A stretch of DNA of 64,000 bases. Source: a virus. Lineage: Duplodnaviria > Caudoviricetes. Both the position numbers and the translations under genes were made by a program. The stretch spans positions 8,564 to 72,563 of the IMG/VR virus record IMGVR_UViG_3300020047_001061; one strand, written 5' to 3'. The notes beneath the pieces were generated by a model. The model did not search any database. It was not told where the DNA came from and saw only the letters and a program-made list of their open reading frames with translations. This document shows positions 39,811 through 51,201 of the stretch, piece after piece; position 1 is the first letter of the stretch; the number at the start of each line of letters is the position of its first letter.

Positions 39811-39812
39811 AA

Positions 39813-42800
39813 ATGGTCGGAACAATGATTGTCGCTGCGGCGGCTGCAACTACGGCGGCTGGTGTTGCTGCTTCCTTTGCGCTTACTGCTGCTGCGTTTG
39901 CTGTGAACTTTGCAGTCTCACTGATTGTGTCTCGCGTATTTGGTCAAGACCAGCAAGGCCCACAAGACAGCGGCACAAGGCAACAAGTTCCACCATCAAG
40001 CGTCAACGCAATTCCAATTGTGTATGGCGATGCTTACCTTGGCGGCACGTTTGTTGATGCCGTTCTAACGACTGACCAAAAAACAATGTATTACGTTGTG
40101 GCTGTTTCTTGCATTAGCCCCAACGGTCAGTTTTCGTTTGACACAACAAAGATGTATTACGGAGACAGGCTAATCACGTTTGATGGGACTGACGCAACCA
40201 AAGTTGTTAGCCTTACAGATGAGGCTGGTAACGTAGACACAAAAATTTCAGGCAACCTCTACATCAACCTGTACAAGTCAACCGTGGCTGGCTCGATTAC
40301 GCCAATCAACGGCTCTGCTGCGCCTAATTCTGTAATGGGCGGCTCTGACATTGATGTTGACTTGCGATGGCCTTCCAGCGGTCGTCAGATGAATGGCTTG
40401 GCGTTTGCCATCATCAAGCTGAACTACAACCAAGACGCTGGCACAACTTCACTGTCGCCAGTTACGTTTGCTGCCAAACATTACTTGAACTCCACAGGTG
40501 TAGCCAAGCCCGGCGATGTTTGGTACGACTACATCACCAACGCGCAATACGGCGGAGCTGTTGATTCTGCTTTTGTGAATGCAAGTTCAGCAACCGCTTT
40601 GAACTCATACGCAGATCAAACAATCACATACACGCCCTCTGGCGGAGGTTCCGCTACTCAAGCGCGATACCGTATGAACGGTGTGCTTGATGCTGGTCAG
40701 CCAGTGTTGAGCAACCTTGACAAAATTATGACCTGCGCTGATTCTTGGATGGCGTACAACGCTGCTCTTGGTCAATGGTCTATTGTCATTAACAAGTCAG
40801 AAACTGCATCTTTTGCATTTGATGATGACAACATCATTGGCGAAGTTCGGGTTAGCGCCACAGACATCACGCAATCTGTCAACCAAGTTGAAGCGAAGTT
40901 TCCAGATAAAGGTTCACGCGATCAACCTAACTTTGTCAACATTGCAACGCCAACAATCTTGCGTTACCCCAATGAGCCTGACAACAAGTACAGCGTCACC
41001 TATGACCTGTGCAACGATTCTGTGCAAGCGCAATACCTTGCTAACCGAATCCTTGAGCAAGCCCGTGAAGACTTGATTGTCAGCTTCAGCACAACGTACT
41101 ACGGCATTCAAGTTGACGCTGGCGCTGTTGTGAGTGTGACCAACTCTGACTATGGCTGGACAAACAAATTGTTCCGTGTGGTCAAGGTCAATGAGGCGTC
41201 TTTGAATGATGGTAGCCTTGGCGCAAAACTTGAATTGAGCGAGTACAGCGCGGCTGTGTACGATGACTTTGACATTACGCAGTATGTGCCTGTGCCTAAC
41301 AGCGATATTGCATCTGTTGTTTATTTCAGCGCACTGTCTGCGCCTACAGTAACTGCAAGCAATCCAAGCAGTTCAATACCAAACTTCAACGTAACAATCA
41401 CCATTCCAGCAGCAGGGCGCGTTACATACAGCGAGTTGTATTACACAACTGTTGCTTCTCCTGTTGCGTCAGATTGGAAGTTGTTATCTTCTGCAAGTGC
41501 AATTGATGGACAACCATTAACGCCAAGCAGCACATATTTGTATGCAAACCAAGTCCTACCAACTGGTGCAAGCCCATCTGCAACATATTATTTTGCTTAT
41601 GTTGTTGGCAATGATTTGGCAAAGTCAACGCGAAGCTCAATGAGTTCGTCCTTTACTTGGACTCCCGAGGCTACAACAGGAGAGACGGGACCAAGAAGTG
41701 CAAGTGGATTTATCTACTACGCATTTGCAAGCGCAACAGCACCTTCTGCGCCAACGGCAAGCGGCTTTAACTTCACTACGGGTGCGTTTTCAAGTTTGAC
41801 TGCCAATTGGTCAACAACATTTACTGCGCCCGACCCGGTAACGAATCCTGCGACAGAAGCTGGCTCTAAGTTTTGGGCTGTCAGATACGCTGTATCAGAA
41901 GCAACTTTTGGCGGCACTCAAACGGTAACTTTGTCTGCGGTGTTTAACTGGCAGAACTTGGATGGTTTGGTGACTTTTACAAACGTGGCTGCACCAAGCG
42001 GAACCACTTTTATTGATGGCGGCAACATCATCGCCGACACGTTAACAGTCAGCCGAATTAAAAACAACACAAGCGGCACGTTTAATACATACGGCACATT
42101 TGGTCTTGGCACTGGAACATCTGTTGGGGGGTTTCTTGCTGCCGGAGCATTTACTTCAACCAACATAAGCTACTATGGTTTGCTTGCGGCAAATACTGCT
42201 GGAGGTAATGCCATTGGAGCCGGAACAACGTCAACAACTGCTGAAGGCGCTCTTGTTGGTGTTGGTTACTCAAACAGCACATTTTCAACATTTAGATTTC
42301 GAGGAATTGTTGGTGCTGGTGAGTCGGGTGGAATTTTCCAAACAGGAGGCGCAAATACACTTCAAGCAGCGGTAACGGCTGACATTCGTTTGGCTCGTTA
42401 CACGGGCGGTGTTTCTTACGCTTACTACATTATTAGTGGCGCAGCTTACCCGTTCACTGCTGGTCACGATGGTTTGCAACTTCTAACTGAAGCAGAGCCT
42501 GATGTTGGCGACATCATGGTTGATGTGCAGCTTATTGCTGCTGATGACATCAACAACACAATCACAGCAATGTCTGTTAGCACATCTGCAAATCAAGTTG
42601 GAGCAATTGGTGCTTATGTTGGCAATTCTGGCGCTGAATTTGTCCCCGCTGCCTTGGGTGAGTACACCGAAGGCCCTCAAGGCGCACTAACAAATTTTGT
42701 GTTCAAGCCTCAATTTGCTGACATCTATGACACTTACAGACCAATTGCTGTTAACGCTGTGGGTGAAGGAAAGATCAACGTATGCAACCAAGGCGGTGAC

Positions 42801-42965
42801 ATTGCGATTGGCGATTTGATTGTTTGTTCTGACGTTCCCGGAAAAGGAATGAAACAAGCAGATGACGTTTTTCGCAGTTACACTGTGGCGAAATCCAGAG
42901 AAAATGTAACTTTTGCTGGCCCAAGTGACGTAAGGCAGATTGCTTGCATTTACATGGGCGGTTAA
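39813..42965 (+). CDS. Central tail tip / host-specificity protein, copy B
   Basis: N-terminal ~600 aa homologous to copy A; distinct C-terminus with FTAGHDG...GEGKINVC...GDLIV.SDVPGKGMKQ resembling an intramolecular-chaperone domain. Confidence 0.8.
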   Translation: MVGTMIVAAAAATTAAGVAASFALTAAAFAVNFAVSLIVSRVFGQDQQGPQDSGTRQQVPPSSVNAIPIVYGDAYLGGTFVDAVLTTDQKTMYYVVAVSCISPNGQFSFDTTKMYYGDRLITFDGTDATKVVSLTDEAGNVDTKISGNLYINLYKSTVAGSITPINGSAAPNSVMGGSDIDVDLRWPSSGRQMNGLAFAIIKLNYNQDAGTTSLSPVTFAAKHYLNSTGVAKPGDVWYDYITNAQYGGAVDSAFVNASSATALNSYADQTITYTPSGGGSATQARYRMNGVLDAGQPVLSNLDKIMTCADSWMAYNAALGQWSIVINKSETASFAFDDDNIIGEVRVSATDITQSVNQVEAKFPDKGSRDQPNFVNIATPTILRYPNEPDNKYSVTYDLCNDSVQAQYLANRILEQAREDLIVSFSTTYYGIQVDAGAVVSVTNSDYGWTNKLFRVVKVNEASLNDGSLGAKLELSEYSAAVYDDFDITQYVPVPNSDIASVVYFSALSAPTVTASNPSSSIPNFNVTITIPAAGRVTYSELYYTTVASPVASDWKLLSSASAIDGQPLTPSSTYLYANQVLPTGASPSATYYFAYVVGNDLAKSTRSSMSSSFTWTPEATTGETGPRSASGFIYYAFASATAPSAPTASGFNFTTGAFSSLTANWSTTFTAPDPVTNPATEAGSKFWAVRYAVSEATFGGTQTVTLSAVFNWQNLDGLVTFTNVAAPSGTTFIDGGNIIADTLTVSRIKNNTSGTFNTYGTFGLGTGTSVGGFLAAGAFTSTNISYYGLLAANTAGGNAIGAGTTSTTAEGALVGVGYSNSTFSTFRFRGIVGAGESGGIFQTGGANTLQAAVTADIRLARYTGGVSYAYYIISGAAYPFTAGHDGLQLLTEAEPDVGDIMVDVQLIAADDINNTITAMSVSTSANQVGAIGAYVGNSGAEFVPAALGEYTEGPQGALTNFVFKPQFADIYDTYRPIAVNAVGEGKINVCNQGGDIAIGDLIVCSDVPGKGMKQADDVFRSYTVAKSRENVTFAGPSDVRQIACIYMGG

Positions 42966-43033
42966 AATAAACACAACAAGACACTATCGCCCGTGGGAAT
43001 CACGGATGTTCTACCTGAGTGCAGAGAACCGAT

Positions 43034-43516
43034 ATGGCCATCTTCAACAAAAATACGCTGGCACAAGTCAGCGGTTTCGATAATCCAATTCTTGCTGGCG
43101 AACTTGTCTGGGATCAGCAAACCTATTGGAACTTGTCATTTACATCAAGCACATTGCCCGTCAACCTGACAGGTGCAACGATTGACGCGCAGATTGTTCG
43201 CCGCCAATTGTCAAACATTACAGACACTCGCAACGGTCTGACGTTTGACATTGCAGACTACACACCAACGCCCGCAGCGATTCCTTTGACGGTAACAAAC
43301 ATTGTTGCTGCTGCTGGAACTTGTACGCTAGTTATTGACGCTGGCGCATGGGGCTTGATGGGTAGCGACCCTGAATTGGAAATTGATGCTCAAAACCCGG
43401 TTGGCTATTCTGGTCGCGTTAAAGTTTCCTTCCCTGCTGCTGGCGGCACACCCGCTGATGACATGATTATTTTCTTGTTGTTCATCGTTCGTTCTGATGG
43501 CATTGTTGTGTTGTAA
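43034..43516 (+). CDS. BppU-like baseplate/fibre-anchor protein, copy B
   Basis: [25 protein letters not shown] identical to copy A start. Confidence 0.6.
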   Translation: MAIFNKNTLAQVSGFDNPILAGELVWDQQTYWNLSFTSSTLPVNLTGATIDAQIVRRQLSNITDTRNGLTFDIADYTPTPAAIPLTVTNIVAAAGTCTLVIDAGAWGLMGSDPELEIDAQNPVGYSGRVKVSFPAAGGTPADDMIIFLLFIVRSDGIVVL

Positions 43517-43525
43517 GGTGTAGCC

Positions 43526-46500
43526 ATGAGCAATTTAAAAGTTACCGTTCTGGATGGCAACAACGTCAATCTTGAAGTTGTCCCGCAACCTCGCGTTGAG
43601 GCTCGCATTGATCGTGGTGTAGCTGGCCCTGTTGGCCCTACTGGTCCGTCTGGCGGTCCTACTGGCCCAACTGGGGCGACTGGTCCACAGGGGACTGGCG
43701 TTGCCATTAAAGGCACGGTTCCTACTGTTGGCGATTTGCCATCAACAGGCAACACTCCCGGTGACTCTTACATTGTTCAGTCAAACGGCAATTTGTATTC
43801 TTGGTCGGGTTCTGTATGGGTGGATGCTGGCCCTATCGTTGGCCCTACGGGCGCTACAGGCAGCACTGGCCCTACTGGTCCAACAGGTGCGAATTCAACT
43901 GTTGCTGGTCCAACTGGCGCTGTTGGGGCCACTGGCCCTACTGGGGCGCAAGGTACGCAAGGTATTGTTGGACCAACTGGCCCTCAAGGTGTGCAGGGTA
44001 TTCAGGGTGTGCAAGGTGATACAGGGGCAACTGGTCCAACAGGGGCGCAAGGCGCACAAGGCGTAACTGGCGCTACTGGCCCAACTGGTAGCACTGGCAG
44101 CAATGGCTCTACTGGACCAACTGGTCCAACGGGTGCTGACTCTACGGTTGCTGGCCCTACTGGTCCAACAGGCGCACAAGGCTTGCAAGGCAATACCGGG
44201 CCTACAGGTGCAACAGGCGCTGACTCAACTGTAGTTGGCCCTACTGGTCCAACTGGCGCTCAAGGAAACCAAGGCGACCAAGGTGTTGCTGGACCAACTG
44301 GCCCACAAGGTATTCAAGGCGCACAAGGCAATGTCGGGCCTACAGGCGCACAAGGCGACCAAGGCATACAAGGCATAACAGGACCAACTGGCCCTACGGG
44401 TAGCCAAGGCAATAGCATTACTGGCCCAACTGGTCCAACTGGCGCTCAAGGGCCAATTGGCACTGGTGGCGTGGTTGCTTATTGGGGTGGTTTCTATGAC
44501 ACCACAGACCAAACAATTGCAAGCACCACAACGGCTTACCCTGTCAATCTGTCAAACACAGACGCTGACAGCAATGGTGTAAGCATTGTCAGCAATAACC
44601 GAATTACATACGCACATGACGGGGTGTACAACTTCACCTACTCGCTGCAAATGGTTAACACGGACAATTTTGTCCATGATGCAACCGTGTGGATTCGTAA
44701 AAACGGCGTAGATGTTGCTGATTCGGCATCTTTCTTTGCGGTAACGCCAAGTCGTTCGGGATTTAATGGCAACTTTATTGCTGTGTGTAACTACACATTT
44801 GAAGTTGTTGCTACCGATTACATTCAATTGATGTGGCAAGCAGAAAGCACATCTGTGTCGTTGCAAACAATTGCTGCTGGTACAACTCCAACAACGCCAC
44901 AATCTCCAAGCGCAATTGTTACATCACAGCAAGTTACTTACACACAGCTTGGCCCTACTGGTCCGCAAGGTTCTGTCGGCCCTACTGGTTCCGTTGGCCC
45001 TACTGGTAGTCAAGGTGAGCAAGGCGTAGCTGGTCCAACAGGTTCACAAGGGGCTGTAGGCGATGTGGGTCCAACAGGACCGCAAGGCATTCAAGGTATT
45101 CAAGGAGTTCAAGGTGACACTGGCGCAACAGGCCCAACAGGTCCGCAAGGCATCCAAGGTGCGGTCGGACCTACTGGCCCCCAAGGTATACAAGGTGTGG
45201 TGGGTGCTACTGGTCCAACTGGCGCTCAAGGCATTCAAGGCGACACTGGCGCTACTGGCCCAACTGGTCCTCAAGGTATTCAGGGTGTAGTTGGACCTAC
45301 AGGCCCGCAGGGAATTCAGGGTGATACTGGCGCAACCGGGGCTACTGGACCGACAGGCGCACAGGGTATTCAAGGCGATGTTGGTCCTACAGGTCCACAA
45401 GGCGTACAGGGCATTCAAGGGGTTCAGGGTGATGTTGGTCCAACGGGGCCGACTGTTTACCCCGCTGCTGGAATGGCTGTCTCTACGGGAACTGCTTGGG
45501 GCACATCCAAAACAACTCCATCTGGTGATGTTGTTGGCACTACAGATACACAAACACTGACAAACAAGACTTTTGGTAATGCAACTGTTGTTGCAGTCAC
45601 AGACAACACCAACGCGGCTTTGCGTATCACTCAGCTTGGCACTGGCAATGCGCTGCTGGTGGAGGATTCAACCAATCCTGATTCAACACCTTTTGTAGTG
45701 GATTCAGTTGGCGCAGTTGGTATTGGGGGAGCACCCAGTGTAAAACTGGAAACTTTTGGAGATAGCAATAACTGGATGCGTATTAACTCCGCAGCAGGAC
45801 TTGCTATTTTTGCTGGCTACAGGTCCAACGGAACCATTGCATCAAAAACCATACTTTCTTCAGGCGACACTATTGCGCGGTTCGATGCGCGAGGCTATGA
45901 CGGTGCAAACTTTGTTCAGTCTGCACAAATTAATGCGGAGGTAGACGGAACGCCCGGCACAAACGACATGCCCGGTCGCTTGGTGTTCAGCACAACTGCT
46001 GATGGTGCAAGTTCACCTACTGAGCGTGTGCGTATTAATAGTGCTGGCAACGTAGGAATTGGAACAAGTTCGCCGGGGCAAAGACTTGATCTTGGAAACG
46101 GAAACATAAATTTTGGTTCAAGTTTGTTTAGCGGCACAGGTGTTTCTACTGGGGACGTTGCTTTTGAAGTTGGTGGCAACAGAACAGGGTCGGGCAACGT
46201 ATACATTGACCTTCACGCCGTCAATGGAACTGACTTTGAATCGCGTCTTTTGCGTATTGGAGGAGTTAACGGCGCACTTCAATTAACAAACACGGGCACT
46301 GGGGATTTACGCATTCGTCAAGAAGGTGCTGGGCCAGTTATTTTTGACACAAGCGCAACTGAGCGTATGCGCATAGACAGCGCAGGTAACGTAGGTATTG
46401 GTGTTACGCCAGTGGCAAGCAACGGCATCTTGCAGCTTGGAAGTTATGCAAGTGTTCAAGCATTGATGGAAAAAGCCACTGTATCTGCTACGGCGGCTAC

Positions 46501-46843
46501 TGGAACCATCAACTTTGATGCAGCAACACAAGCCGTCCTGTACTACACAACCAATGCCTCTGGTAACTGGACAATCAACATCCGTGGTAGCAGTGGTCTG
46601 ACGCTTAATAGCATGATGCAAACAGGTCAATCTTTGACTTTGGCATTCATGGCAACCAACGGCGCAACTGCTTACTACCAGTCTGCATTGACCATTGACG
46701 GTACAAGCGTTACACCCAAATGGCAAGGTGGTACAGCACCTGCAACTGGCAACGCAAGTGCTATTGATGCGTATGTTCTGACAGTTATCAAAACTGGCTC
46801 TGCAACATTTACTGTGTTGGCTTCTCAAACCAAGTTTGCATAA
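43526..46843 (+). CDS. Long collagen-like tail fibre with internal globular (C1q/BclA-CTD-like) domain
   Basis: Two G-X-Y tracts rich in GPT/GAT/GxQ flank a ~150-aa beta-rich domain; C-terminal GNVGIG repeats. Confidence 0.8.
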   Translation: MSNLKVTVLDGNNVNLEVVPQPRVEARIDRGVAGPVGPTGPSGGPTGPTGATGPQGTGVAIKGTVPTVGDLPSTGNTPGDSYIVQSNGNLYSWSGSVWVDAGPIVGPTGATGSTGPTGPTGANSTVAGPTGAVGATGPTGAQGTQGIVGPTGPQGVQGIQGVQGDTGATGPTGAQGAQGVTGATGPTGSTGSNGSTGPTGPTGADSTVAGPTGPTGAQGLQGNTGPTGATGADSTVVGPTGPTGAQGNQGDQGVAGPTGPQGIQGAQGNVGPTGAQGDQGIQGITGPTGPTGSQGNSITGPTGPTGAQGPIGTGGVVAYWGGFYDTTDQTIASTTTAYPVNLSNTDADSNGVSIVSNNRITYAHDGVYNFTYSLQMVNTDNFVHDATVWIRKNGVDVADSASFFAVTPSRSGFNGNFIAVCNYTFEVVATDYIQLMWQAESTSVSLQTIAAGTTPTTPQSPSAIVTSQQVTYTQLGPTGPQGSVGPTGSVGPTGSQGEQGVAGPTGSQGAVGDVGPTGPQGIQGIQGVQGDTGATGPTGPQGIQGAVGPTGPQGIQGVVGATGPTGAQGIQGDTGATGPTGPQGIQGVVGPTGPQGIQGDTGATGATGPTGAQGIQGDVGPTGPQGVQGIQGVQGDVGPTGPTVYPAAGMAVSTGTAWGTSKTTPSGDVVGTTDTQTLTNKTFGNATVVAVTDNTNAALRITQLGTGNALLVEDSTNPDSTPFVVDSVGAVGIGGAPSVKLETFGDSNNWMRINSAAGLAIFAGYRSNGTIASKTILSSGDTIARFDARGYDGANFVQSAQINAEVDGTPGTNDMPGRLVFSTTADGASSPTERVRINSAGNVGIGTSSPGQRLDLGNGNINFGSSLFSGTGVSTGDVAFEVGGNRTGSGNVYIDLHAVNGTDFESRLLRIGGVNGALQLTNTGTGDLRIRQEGAGPVIFDTSATERMRIDSAGNVGIGVTPVASNGILQLGSYASVQALMEKATVSATAATGTINFDAATQAVLYYTTNASGNWTINIRGSSGLTLNSMMQTGQSLTLAFMATNGATAYYQSALTIDGTSVTPKWQGGTAPATGNASAIDAYVLTVIKTGSATFTVLASQTKFA
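43620..45450. repeat. Collagen coding repeats (two tracts, ~43620-44470 and ~44950-45450)
   Basis: Recurrent units encoding [17 protein letters not shown]. Confidence 0.75.
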
Positions 46844-46852
46844 GGGGTAGCA

Positions 46853-48835
46853 ATGCCTGTTGTTGGAACAAAAGCGGCAGCATCTTCCCAAGGTTTTGGG
46901 GAGTTTGCTCAATCATCCAGTGTGCCGAACTACATCGAGGATGTGTTTAGCACGTACCTTTACACAGGCAACGGTTCTAGTCAGACGATCACCAACAATA
47001 TAAATTTGTCTGGGAAAGGTGGAATGGTTTGGATTAAAGACCGAACCAATGCATATAACAATAATTTGTTTGACACCGTTCAGGGCGCAACAAAAGTCAT
47101 GCACTCCAATACAACGGATGCACAAACAACTGATGCTGCTTCATTAACTGCTTTTAGTACAACTGGTTTTACTCTTGGCACAGGCAGCACATCTGGAAGT
47201 GAAGTAAACAGCAATACTGATTCTTTTGTCTCGTGGTCATTCCGCAAGCAGCCGAAGTTCTTTGATATTGTTACTTACACAGGTAATTCGGCAAACCGAA
47301 CGATTGCCCATAATCTTGGTAGCGTTCCCGGCTGCATTATTGTTAAACGTACCGATGCTGCCGGATATGCGTATCAGGTTTATCACCAAAATTTAAGCAG
47401 TGCAGCATACAGCCTTTCATTAAACTCGGTAGCAGCAGAAGCCAATAATCCATCATATTGGAATAGCACAGCCCCCACTGACACAGTGTTTTCGCTTGGA
47501 ACAAGTATTTTCACCAATGTTTCTGGTGGAACTTTTGTTGCTTACGTCATTGCTTCTGATGCAGGCGGTTTTGGTCTTGCTGGCACGGACAATGTAATTA
47601 GCTGCGGCAACTTTGTAGGTTCTACGGGCGCTGCAATTGATGTCAATATTGGTTATGAACCTCAACTGATTATTTATAAAAATAGAACTTCAAACGGTAA
47701 TTGGACTATTCTTGACAATATGCGTGGGTGGAGTGTTGCTGGAAATACTGCAATTCTGCAACCAAACACTACCGCTGCCGAAACAAATGGAAGTGTTCAA
47801 GGATACCCCACTGCAACAGGTTTTCATTTCAATGCTTTCGCAACGGTAACGGCCAACTACATCTACATCGCCATCCGCCGTGGCCCCATGAAAGTGCCTA
47901 CGGATGGGACTAAGGTGTTTGATCCAGTTTTGTATGTTGGAAATAATTCCACTACAAGAACATTCACATCAAGCACCGTATCGCCAGTTGATTCTGTAAT
48001 TTCTCTAAGTCGAAACGGCTTTTCAGGCAGTGGGAATATTTGGTGGGTTGATAGGTTGCGTGGGAATGCAGTTATCCGCACCGACTACACAGATGCAGAA
48101 ACTGGCGCGTATTCAGGGTTGACATTTGATTTTCAGAACGGCTATGCAAACAATGCGCCGCCGTCTTACTATGGCTGGAACAACACCAGCGACAATTGCG
48201 AAAACTATTTTTTAAAACGCGCCCCCGGCTTTTTTGATGAGGTTTGCGATAGCGGTACAGGCTCTGCTCACACAGTCACGCATAACCTTGGTGCTGTGCC
48301 TGAGTTGATAATTCGCAAGGGCCGTTCAGGCGCAACTCAGTGGGAAATTTATTCTTCTGCTTTGACAAACACTGAAAAGATGGTGCTGAATAGCACTGCT
48401 GCAAAAGCCACGGATACATCTGCATGGAACAGCACTACACCAACAAGCAGTGTGTTTACAGTTGGGACGGGGGCTAACGTCAACACAAATGCGGCAACTT
48501 ATGTAACGTACCTCTTTGCATCTTGCCCCGGCGTTTCCAAAGTAGGCAGCTATACAGGTAACGGCACAACACAAGCCATTGCTTGCGGCTTCACAGGTGG
48601 GGCAAGGTTTGTGTTAATTAAGCGGACTGACTCAACAGGCGATTGGTACGTCTACGACACGGCTCGTGGCATGACGGTGATGACAGACCCTTACCTGCTT
48701 TTGAACAGCACTGCTGCTGAAACGGCAACGCTTGGTTCTGTAATTACTTCAACAGGCGGCTTCACCGTTAACGCAGCAATCTTGGCGGCAGTTAACACCA
48801 ATGCTGCCAGCTACATCTTCTTGGCAATCGCGTAA
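46853..48835 (+). CDS. Virion/fibre-associated protein with internal YTGNG-type repeats
   Basis: Repeated YTGNG/xxxxRT modules (e.g. YTGNGSSQTI, YTGNSANRTI, YTGNGTTQAI). Confidence 0.65.
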   Translation: MPVVGTKAAASSQGFGEFAQSSSVPNYIEDVFSTYLYTGNGSSQTITNNINLSGKGGMVWIKDRTNAYNNNLFDTVQGATKVMHSNTTDAQTTDAASLTAFSTTGFTLGTGSTSGSEVNSNTDSFVSWSFRKQPKFFDIVTYTGNSANRTIAHNLGSVPGCIIVKRTDAAGYAYQVYHQNLSSAAYSLSLNSVAAEANNPSYWNSTAPTDTVFSLGTSIFTNVSGGTFVAYVIASDAGGFGLAGTDNVISCGNFVGSTGAAIDVNIGYEPQLIIYKNRTSNGNWTILDNMRGWSVAGNTAILQPNTTAAETNGSVQGYPTATGFHFNAFATVTANYIYIAIRRGPMKVPTDGTKVFDPVLYVGNNSTTRTFTSSTVSPVDSVISLSRNGFSGSGNIWWVDRLRGNAVIRTDYTDAETGAYSGLTFDFQNGYANNAPPSYYGWNNTSDNCENYFLKRAPGFFDEVCDSGTGSAHTVTHNLGAVPELIIRKGRSGATQWEIYSSALTNTEKMVLNSTAAKATDTSAWNSTTPTSSVFTVGTGANVNTNAATYVTYLFASCPGVSKVGSYTGNGTTQAIACGFTGGARFVLIKRTDSTGDWYVYDTARGMTVMTDPYLLLNSTAAETATLGSVITSTGGFTVNAAILAAVNTNAASYIFLAIA

Positions 48836-48844
48836 GGAATCAAA

Positions 48845-49339
48845 ATGCAAATCAGAACACAAGACGGTCAAGTAATGTACGAGGCAGAGTTCCGTACATT
48901 CATCAAAGCCAACGGTGGCCCTACATGGGATACAACAAGTACTGAAGTCTTGGAAAGCTTGGGCGCTGATGTGGTCTTTGAAGGCCCACAAGCAACAGGC
49001 GGTACGGTCTACCAATACAGCCAGCGTGAAGGCGTTGAGCAGATTGAGGGCAAGTGGTACACCAAGTACATCCTCGGCCCTGTCTTTACAGACACTACAG
49101 TTGAGGGCGTGACAACCACTGCTGCCGAGAATGAAGCTGCGTACAAAACCATGAAAGACGTTGAGCAGGCCAAGTCTGTACGCACACAGCGTGGTGAGAA
49201 GCTCAAGGAATGCGATTGGACACAAGTAGCGGACGCTCCTGTAGACAAAGAAGTTTGGGCAACATACCGTCAAGCATTGCGTGATGTAACTGGTCAAGAG
49301 GGTTTCCCTTGGACTATTGATTGGCCTGTAGCACCGTAA
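48845..49339 (+). CDS. Tail fibre assembly chaperone-like protein
   Basis: C-terminal VRTQRGEKLKECDWTQ..D.P....WATYRQALRDVT.Q.GFP..I.WP motif. Confidence 0.7.
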   Translation: MQIRTQDGQVMYEAEFRTFIKANGGPTWDTTSTEVLESLGADVVFEGPQATGGTVYQYSQREGVEQIEGKWYTKYILGPVFTDTTVEGVTTTAAENEAAYKTMKDVEQAKSVRTQRGEKLKECDWTQVADAPVDKEVWATYRQALRDVTGQEGFPWTIDWPVAP

Positions 49340-49357
49340 TGTGGCATAATTCAAAGC

Positions 49358-49846
49358 ATGAATATAGATGCTTTGAAATCATTGTTGCGATACGATCCTG
49401 AAACGGGTCTGATCTATTGGATTGCCAAAGGTAAAGGCAAGATAAAAAAGAAAGCTGCTGGCACTTTGTTGCATAGCGGCTATCTTGGAATCTGCATAGG
49501 ACCAAAAAGATGGCAAGCACATAGGATTGCTTGGGCTTTACATCATGGGGATTGGCCTAAAGACCAAGTTGACCACATCAATGGCATCAAAACTGATAAC
49601 AGGGCTTGCAATTTAAGAGAGGCTACAAATTCTCAGAATGGCAAAAATTTAAAGTTGTCAAAAGCCAACAAAACTGGAATTGCTGGAGTTTGTTGGAATG
49701 AAAAACATCAAAGTTATCGTGCCTATATAAAAGTTGAGCACAAAGCGATGTATCTTGGTACATACAAAAACATTGATGATGCAGCAAAAGCAAGACGCAC
49801 TGCTGAAGATAAATATTTTGGAGAATGGAAAAGGAACAAGACATGA
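49358..49846 (+). mobile_element. Free-standing HNH homing endonuclease with AP2-like domain
   Basis: AHRIAW...VDHINGIKTDNRACNLREAT..QN; C-terminal GVCW...YRAYI...YLGTY; absent at syntenic site in copy A. Confidence 0.85.
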
Positions 49847-50946
49847 CATTAAAAATTTGCGTTTATGCAATTAGCAAGAATGAATCGGAATTTGTGCAGC
49901 GGTTTTGCGACTCTGCCAAAGAGGCTGATCTTGTTTTAATTGCCGATACTGGTTCTACCGATGACACGGTAAAGTTGGCGCTTGAATGTGGCGCAAAGGT
50001 CTATGACATTTGCATTAAGCCGTGGAGATTTGATAAGGCCCGTGATACTGCTTTGGCGCTAATCCCCGGAGACTTTGACGTATGCGTTTCTCTTGACCTT
50101 GACGAGGTTTTAGAGCCGGGTTGGCGACAAGAAATTGAGCGCGTATGGACTGAAAACACTACACGGTTGCGCTATAAATTTGATTGGGGTAGTGGCATTA
50201 GTTTTTACTACGAAAAAATTCATCATCGTCATGGATATTGGTGGAAGCACGCAGTTCATGAGTGGCCTAAAGCTGACGAGCGTATCCAAGAGATTTACGC
50301 TCATACCGACATGCTGCTTGTGCGCCACTTGCCTGACAACACCAAGTCGCGTGGTCAGTACATGCCATTGCTTGAGTTGGCAATCAAGGAAGACCCACGA
50401 TGCCCAAGAAACGCTTTCTATCACGCCCGTGAGTTGACGTTCTATGCCCGCTGGGATGAGGCTATTGTGTATCTCAAAAAGTACCTTGAGATGCCAGAAG
50501 CAACTTGGCCCAACGAACGGGCTTACGCCATGAGGCTGTTGGGTAAGGCGTATTCCGAAAAAGGCAACGCTACAGACGCTTTAAAGTGGTTCAGGCTGGC
50601 TGTTGCTGAAGCACCGGGAACCCGTGAGCCTTGGGTTGAGTTGTCGGCACAGTGTTACCGCCTGAGCATTTGGGCTGAAAGCTACTCAGCCGCCAAGTCT
50701 GCCTTGCAGATTACTGACAAACAGGCTGTCTACACAATGGACCCGTCCGTCTGGACTGAGAAGCCATACGACTACGCCAGTATTGCTGCATGGAACCTTG
50801 GACTCAGGGATGAATCTGTCCAACTTTGCCAAAAGGCTTTAGAATTAGCCCCGCAAGACAGTCGCATTCAGCGCAATTTACACTACATGACAACAGGGGA
50901 GTTCCCAAAAACCTTTGACCATGTAGTAAACCATGAACACGATTGA
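49843..50946 (+). CDS. Glycosyltransferase family 2 with TPR repeats, copy B
   Basis: DTGSTD, SLDLDE; homologue of 1667-2713. Confidence 0.85.
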   Translation: MTLKICVYAISKNESEFVQRFCDSAKEADLVLIADTGSTDDTVKLALECGAKVYDICIKPWRFDKARDTALALIPGDFDVCVSLDLDEVLEPGWRQEIERVWTENTTRLRYKFDWGSGISFYYEKIHHRHGYWWKHAVHEWPKADERIQEIYAHTDMLLVRHLPDNTKSRGQYMPLLELAIKEDPRCPRNAFYHARELTFYARWDEAIVYLKKYLEMPEATWPNERAYAMRLLGKAYSEKGNATDALKWFRLAVAEAPGTREPWVELSAQCYRLSIWAESYSAAKSALQITDKQAVYTMDPSVWTEKPYDYASIAAWNLGLRDESVQLCQKALELAPQDSRIQRNLHYMTTGEFPKTFDHVVNHEHD

Positions 50947-51112
50947 CGCGACAGATGCAAGGCTATCAACCCATGAACAGGTTTGCGCCTTTCGTTACGA
51001 GCAAATTAACGCACGGCTAAAGCGGCTGGAAGGCGTGATCGTAACGGCAGCAGGGGTGATGATTATGGCTATGGCAAGCGTAATCTTTTCTGCCATGTGG
51101 CTCACAAAATGA
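50933..51112 (+). CDS. Small coiled-coil plus TM protein, copy B
   Basis: MNTIDATDARLSTHEQVCAFRYEQINARLKRLEG (59 aa, below ORF-track cutoff). Confidence 0.7.
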   Translation: MNTIDATDARLSTHEQVCAFRYEQINARLKRLEGVIVTAAGVMIMAMASVIFSAMWLTK

Positions 51113-51201
51113 AAGACTTTGCCGAGGCTTTTGTCGCGGCATTTCTGATTGTCGGAATTGTCATTTGGACAATTAAAGTGTTGATTGAGGTGTTGCGATG
51201 A
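51109..51201 (+). CDS. 30-aa single-TM peptide, copy B
   Basis: MKDFAEAFVAAFLIVGIVIWTIKVLIEVLR; ATGA overlaps. Confidence 0.65.
   Translation: MKDFAEAFVAAFLIVGIVIWTIKVLIEVLR

Noticed and set aside
39813-49339. Diversity-generating retroelement or shufflon acting on fibre genes
   Set aside because: No reverse transcriptase, template/variable repeat pair, invertase or crossover sites recognised.
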